From a virus (taxonomy: Duplodnaviria; Heunggongvirae; Uroviricota; Caudoviricetes), in IMG/VR virus record IMGVR_UViG_2541047698_000019: DNA of 40,640 nt; one strand, 5' to 3'. Made by a program: the position numbers and the translations under genes. Below, piece by piece: positions 37,609 through 40,640 of the stretch; position 1 is the first letter of the stretch, and each line of letters opens with the position of its first letter. The notes beneath the pieces were generated by a model. The model worked only from the letters and a program-made list of their open reading frames with translations, ran no database searches and was not told where the DNA came from.

Positions 37609-37730
37609 TGGGCTGGCGGGAGTTGAAACTGCAGGCACGTCGTATGCAAGAACATGCTGTGGCTGGCTGCTTTACTTTCGATAGTGCGAGTATTGAATGA
37701 TTTCCAGCCGTTACCGATTTTACGTGTTAA

Positions 37731-37979
37731 TTAGTGAACAAACCACTCGTCAGCAGATTCCCAGGTATCTTTCAGAGTCTCCTGAACAAAAGTTTTTACA
37801 GAATCCTTATCTGCGGTGCGTGTAACAGAAAGGCCATCGTTGCTGGTGGCTTTTACGATCACCTCTACATCATCATAACGTTTACTGATGCGTCGGGTTA
37901 ATTCTTCCTTTAACGCGTCCACAGCACCGGTTGGCATTTTAGTCATTTTTTCTTTGGCTATGCAGATTTCAATACGCAT
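37731..37979 (-). CDS. DinI-like DNA-damage-inducible protein
   Basis: 82 aa. [10 protein letters not shown]...[17 protein letters not shown] parallels E. coli DinI (from memory). AGAGGGA RBS. Confidence 0.8.
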   Translation of the reverse strand: MRIEICIAKEKMTKMPTGAVDALKEELTRRISKRYDDVEVIVKATSNDGLSVTRTADKDSVKTFVQETLKDTWESADEWFVH

Positions 37980-37992
37980 AAAAGTCCCTCTA

Positions 37993-38040
37993 TACTGTGT
38001 TTGTATACAGTGTTATTTTTAACTGTATGGATAAACAGTG
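37993..38040. promoter_or_regulatory. two tandem LexA (SOS) boxes upstream of the dinI-like gene
   Basis: TACTGTGTTTGTATACAGTG and AACTGTATGGATAAACAGTG both fit CTGT-N8-ACAG. Confidence 0.65.
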
Positions 38041-39138
38041 TCAAGAGGTCTTATTTCTGCTCCTTTGGAGCTCTTCAAAACGATTATGTAAAGATTTCGG
38101 ATACAGTTCGGTATATACCTGCCATAGCACGTTTAATGAACGATGCCCTGTAACTTGGGCGACTTCCTCAATACTAAAACCAGCCTCAAATAAGCGACTT
38201 GCCCCTTCTCTACGCAAATCATGGTATCGCAGATCTTTAATACCTAATTTGCTTCTTACCCTCTGAAATCCCGCAGTAACAGAAGTGCTGTTATATGGAA
38301 AAATGAATTCCGATTTTTGGGGCTGTCGTTGGACGATATCCCAGGCTTCCCCAAGCAAGGCTACTTTCATGTGGTTGCCTTCCTTTTTGCGTGGATCTTT
38401 CCTGTCTCTTACGAGTATAGATTTTTGTTCTTGGTCGAGATCTTCCCATCGTAACCGGCATACTTCTCCGATTCGCATACAGGACCACACAGAAAATTTG
38501 AGGATATCAACGAACGGAATTTTTGAGCATTTATGAGTAGATCGTTGTTGAAGGCCTTCAATGAGCATGTCCAGTTCATCAGATGCTGGTCTACGATTAC
38601 GACGGTTTGATTTACCAATCAAACCAAGTTTAAGTAGATATGGACGAGCGCTTTTCGCTGGGTTTGATGTGTAATTAATTCCGTATACAGGTTTGGCTGC
38701 ATCCAGAACACTGCCAAGATAACTAACATCGTGGCTGACTGTTGCTGGACCTGCACCAGCGTTGTTTCTTAGCCTGCAATGTTCAATTACGTCATTTTCG
38801 GTCAGTTCGGATAGTTTGATCGCGGAGATGTCACTATCCATAAGCAGTTCCAGCACATATCTTTTAGTACGGCCTGCTTTACCTCCGGCATTTGGGTCAT
38901 TTAAATATTTGTGTAGTAAGTCACGGACTGTAAGTCCGTCAACTGCATTTGATGATGGAATGCCATATAGATCTAATTCCATCACTTTCTGTGTACCCCA
39001 TGTTTTGGCATGGGCATGTTTAGGGAATGTTTTGCTTTCCCTGTAAGTGATAACACCTTTTTCTTTGATAATCACATTACAGCGATAGCGTGGTGTGCCA
39101 TCGGATTTTAGTCGTTTCTCTATGTTATAGTACGCCAT
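38041..39138 (-). CDS. tyrosine integrase (dusA-associated integrase type)
   Basis: 365 aa. C-terminal catalytic region with R...H-x-x-R...Y pattern (HDLRR, GHRS, Y near the C-terminus). Adjacent to and divergent from dusA. Confidence 0.9.
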   Translation of the reverse strand: MAYYNIEKRLKSDGTPRYRCNVIIKEKGVITYRESKTFPKHAHAKTWGTQKVMELDLYGIPSSNAVDGLTVRDLLHKYLNDPNAGGKAGRTKRYVLELLMDSDISAIKLSELTENDVIEHCRLRNNAGAGPATVSHDVSYLGSVLDAAKPVYGINYTSNPAKSARPYLLKLGLIGKSNRRNRRPASDELDMLIEGLQQRSTHKCSKIPFVDILKFSVWSCMRIGEVCRLRWEDLDQEQKSILVRDRKDPRKKEGNHMKVALLGEAWDIVQRQPQKSEFIFPYNSTSVTAGFQRVRSKLGIKDLRYHDLRREGASRLFEAGFSIEEVAQVTGHRSLNVLWQVYTELYPKSLHNRFEELQRSRNKTS

Positions 39139-39158
39139 TACACGACCTCGTTATTTCG

Positions 39159-39193
39159 GGTTCCCATAAAATGTGGGAACCTGTGCGGGAACC
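39159..39193. repeat. inverted repeat GGTTCCCA-N7-TGGGAACC followed by a direct repeat GCGGGAACC in the int/dusA intergenic region
   Basis: Read directly. Candidate integrase arm-type site or operator within the phage-supplied dusA promoter region. Confidence 0.45.
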
Positions 39194-39226
39194 TAACGCG
39201 AGAAAAATAGCCTGAAATGTTCAAAA

Positions 39227-39330
39227 ATGCACGATAATCCTGAAACACAGAAAACTAATCAAACCAGCGTGATGCCTGAAAAAACTGGCGCTTACTGGAG
39301 TTCCCGGTTTAGCATTGCTCCTATGCTCGA
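39227..39330 (+). repeat. phage-supplied replacement 5' end of dusA (direct-repeat copy at the right junction)
   Basis: About 80 percent identical to 1320-1423. Identity ends in a shared ATGCTCGA, after which this copy continues as dusA and the left copy as phage DNA. Confidence 0.7.
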
Positions 39331-40264
39331 CTGGACGGACAGACATTGCCGCTATTTCTTGCGTCTGCTTTCCCGCAATACGTTGCTGTATACCGAAATG
39401 GTGACTACAGGGGCGATTATTCACGGTAAAGGTGATTACCTGGCGTACAGTGAAGAAGAACATCCGGTAGCATTGCAACTGGGCGGTAGCGATCCGGCGG
39501 CGCTGGCGCAGTGTGCAAAGCTGGCAGAAGCGCGCGGATATGATGAGATCAACCTGAATGTCGGCTGCCCGTCTGACCGGGTGCAGAACGGCATGTTTGG
39601 GGCGTGTCTGATGGGTAATGCGCAGCTGGTTGCCGACTGCGTGAAAGCGATGCGCGATGTGGTGTCGATTCCGGTGACGGTGAAAACGCGTATTGGCATC
39701 GACGACCAGGACAGCTATGAATTTCTCTGCGATTTCATCAACACCGTTTCCGGCAAAGGCGAGTGTGAGATGTTCATCATCCACGCACGTAAAGCCTGGC
39801 TTTCGGGGTTAAGCCCGAAAGAAAACCGTGAAATCCCGCCGCTCGATTATCCGCGTGTGTATCAACTGAAGCGTGACTTTCCGCATCTGACAATGTCGAT
39901 TAACGGTGGCATCAAGTCGCTGGAAGAGGCTAAAGCGCATTTGCAACATATGGATGGCGTGATGGTCGGGCGCGAAGCGTATCAGAATCCGGGTATTCTG
40001 GCGGCGGTAGACCGAGAGATCTTTGGTTCCTCGGATACCGATGCCGATCCGGTGGCGGTAGTGCGCGCCATGTATCCGTACATTGAGCGTGAACTCAGCC
40101 AGGGGACGTATCTTGGCCATATTACCCGGCATATGCTGGGCTTGTTCCAGGGTATTCCTGGCGCGCGGCAGTGGCGGCGTTATTTAAGTGAAAATGCCCA
40201 TAAAGCGGGTGCAGACATTAATGTGCTGGAACACGCGCTCAAACTGGTGGCGGATAAGCGTTAA
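39227..40264 (+). CDS. dusA: tRNA-dihydrouridine(20/20a) synthase DusA
   Basis: 345 aa. TIM-barrel Dus-family signatures and near-identity to E. coli DusA outside the first about 35 residues. Confidence 0.95.
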   Translation: MHDNPETQKTNQTSVMPEKTGAYWSSRFSIAPMLDWTDRHCRYFLRLLSRNTLLYTEMVTTGAIIHGKGDYLAYSEEEHPVALQLGGSDPAALAQCAKLAEARGYDEINLNVGCPSDRVQNGMFGACLMGNAQLVADCVKAMRDVVSIPVTVKTRIGIDDQDSYEFLCDFINTVSGKGECEMFIIHARKAWLSGLSPKENREIPPLDYPRVYQLKRDFPHLTMSINGGIKSLEEAKAHLQHMDGVMVGREAYQNPGILAAVDREIFGSSDTDADPVAVVRAMYPYIERELSQGTYLGHITRHMLGLFQGIPGARQWRRYLSENAHKAGADINVLEHALKLVADKR

Positions 40265-40346
40265 CTTTTCACCAAAAAATAGTCAAATTCACCACGCCCT
40301 GCGCACCGTCGCGGGGCGTTTTGCTGTTAAATCAATAGATTATTTT

Positions 40347-40362
40347 TGGCATGATTCTTGTA
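40347..40362 (+). promoter_or_regulatory. candidate sigma-54 promoter for pspG (TGGCAT-N5-TTGT)
   Basis: TGGCATGATTCTTGT about 40 nt upstream of the pspG start. pspG is known to be PspF/sigma-54 dependent. Confidence 0.4.
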
Positions 40363-40397
40363 ATGCCAGCAAGAGATTTCATATTTGGGAGAGCATC

Positions 40398-40640
40398 ATG
40401 CTGGAACTACTTTTTGTGATTGGCTTTTTTGTCATGTTGATGGTCACCGGCGTTTCGTTGCTGGGCATTATCGCCGCGCTGGTTGTGGCGACGGCCATTA
40501 TGTTCCTCGGCGGTATGCTGGCATTGATGATTAAGTTGCTGCCGTGGTTACTCCTGGCGATTGCGGTGGTGTGGGTTATTAAGGCGATTAAAGCACCAAA
40601 AGTGCCGAAATATCAGCGTTATGACCGCTGGCGTTACTAA
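40398..40640 (+). CDS. pspG: phage shock protein G
   Basis: 80-aa hydrophobic protein MLELLFVIGFFVMLMVTGVSLLGIIAALVV... matching E. coli PspG. ORF track 40188-40640 trimmed to this Met. Confidence 0.9.
   Translation: MLELLFVIGFFVMLMVTGVSLLGIIAALVVATAIMFLGGMLALMIKLLPWLLLAIAVVWVIKAIKAPKVPKYQRYDRWRY

Larger units (their letters stand above)
1424..39322. mobile_element. prophage integrated in the 5' end of dusA (temperate phage with HK97-type head, Mu/SfV-type contractile tail, lambdoid regulation)
   Basis: Bounded by about 105-bp imperfect direct repeats of the dusA 5' end (1320-1423 and 39227-39330). Tyrosine integrase adjacent to dusA. Contiguous phage modules between. Boundaries approximate to a few bp. 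Confidence 0.85.

Noticed and set aside
37479-37730. Short minus-strand ORFs (18 and 38 codons) in the dinI 3' region
   Set aside because: No RBS and no conservation signal visible; the region reads better as a 3' UTR or non-coding RNA that ends at the 37453-37478 terminator.
38285-39046. Plus-strand ORFs of 83-94 aa within the integrase gene
   Set aside because: Antisense to the high-confidence integrase; low-complexity Ser/Leu-rich shadow frames.
1-40640. CRISPR arrays, complete tRNA/rRNA genes, IS elements or transposases
   Set aside because: No regularly spaced short direct repeats, no sequence folding into a full tRNA cloverleaf (only the 27-nt tRNA-Thr-like fragment), no transposase-like ORF and no terminal inverted repeats of IS type were seen.

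Overview
The window is dominated by a roughly 38-kb temperate-phage genome (prophage, about 1424-39322) inserted into the 5' end of the host tRNA-dihydrouridine synthase gene dusA. Host DNA is limited to the flanks: an AT-rich gene with its terminator and the displaced original dusA promoter and 5' codons on the left (1-1423), and the dusA body plus pspG on the right (39323-40640). The prophage is mosaic. It has a leftward early operon (PrtN/excisionase-like, DEDDh exonuclease, two DUF551 proteins, HD phosphohydrolase, YfdQ-like), a lambdoid immunity region (S24-type CI-like repressor, Cro-like, CII/YdaT-like, with repeated operator motifs), and a replication/nin-like region (replication initiator, PerC-like, Dam-type methyltransferase, LexA-DBD protein, RusA, KilA-N, DUF968, antiterminator Q). 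These are followed by a lysis cassette (holin, lambda R-like endolysin, overlapping Rz/Rz1), an HK97-type head module (HNH, TerS, TerL, portal, protease, capsid, connectors) and a Mu/SfV-type contractile tail (sheath, tube, frameshifted chaperone, tape measure, baseplate, tail fibre). The right end carries an O-antigen acetyltransferase-like conversion gene, a tRNA-Thr-like fragment, an SOS-boxed dinI-like gene and a tyrosine integrase next to dusA. No complete rRNA or tRNA gene, CRISPR array or IS element was seen. The candidates most worth follow-up are the uncharacterised cargo at the left junction (1568-2474), an antisense AT-rich moron in the early operon (6584-6925), and a Zn-ribbon moron between Q and the holin (15183-15425). 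Two apparently frameshifted genes lie in the replication region. All protein-family calls come from reading the translations and from memory of family signatures; no database search was run.
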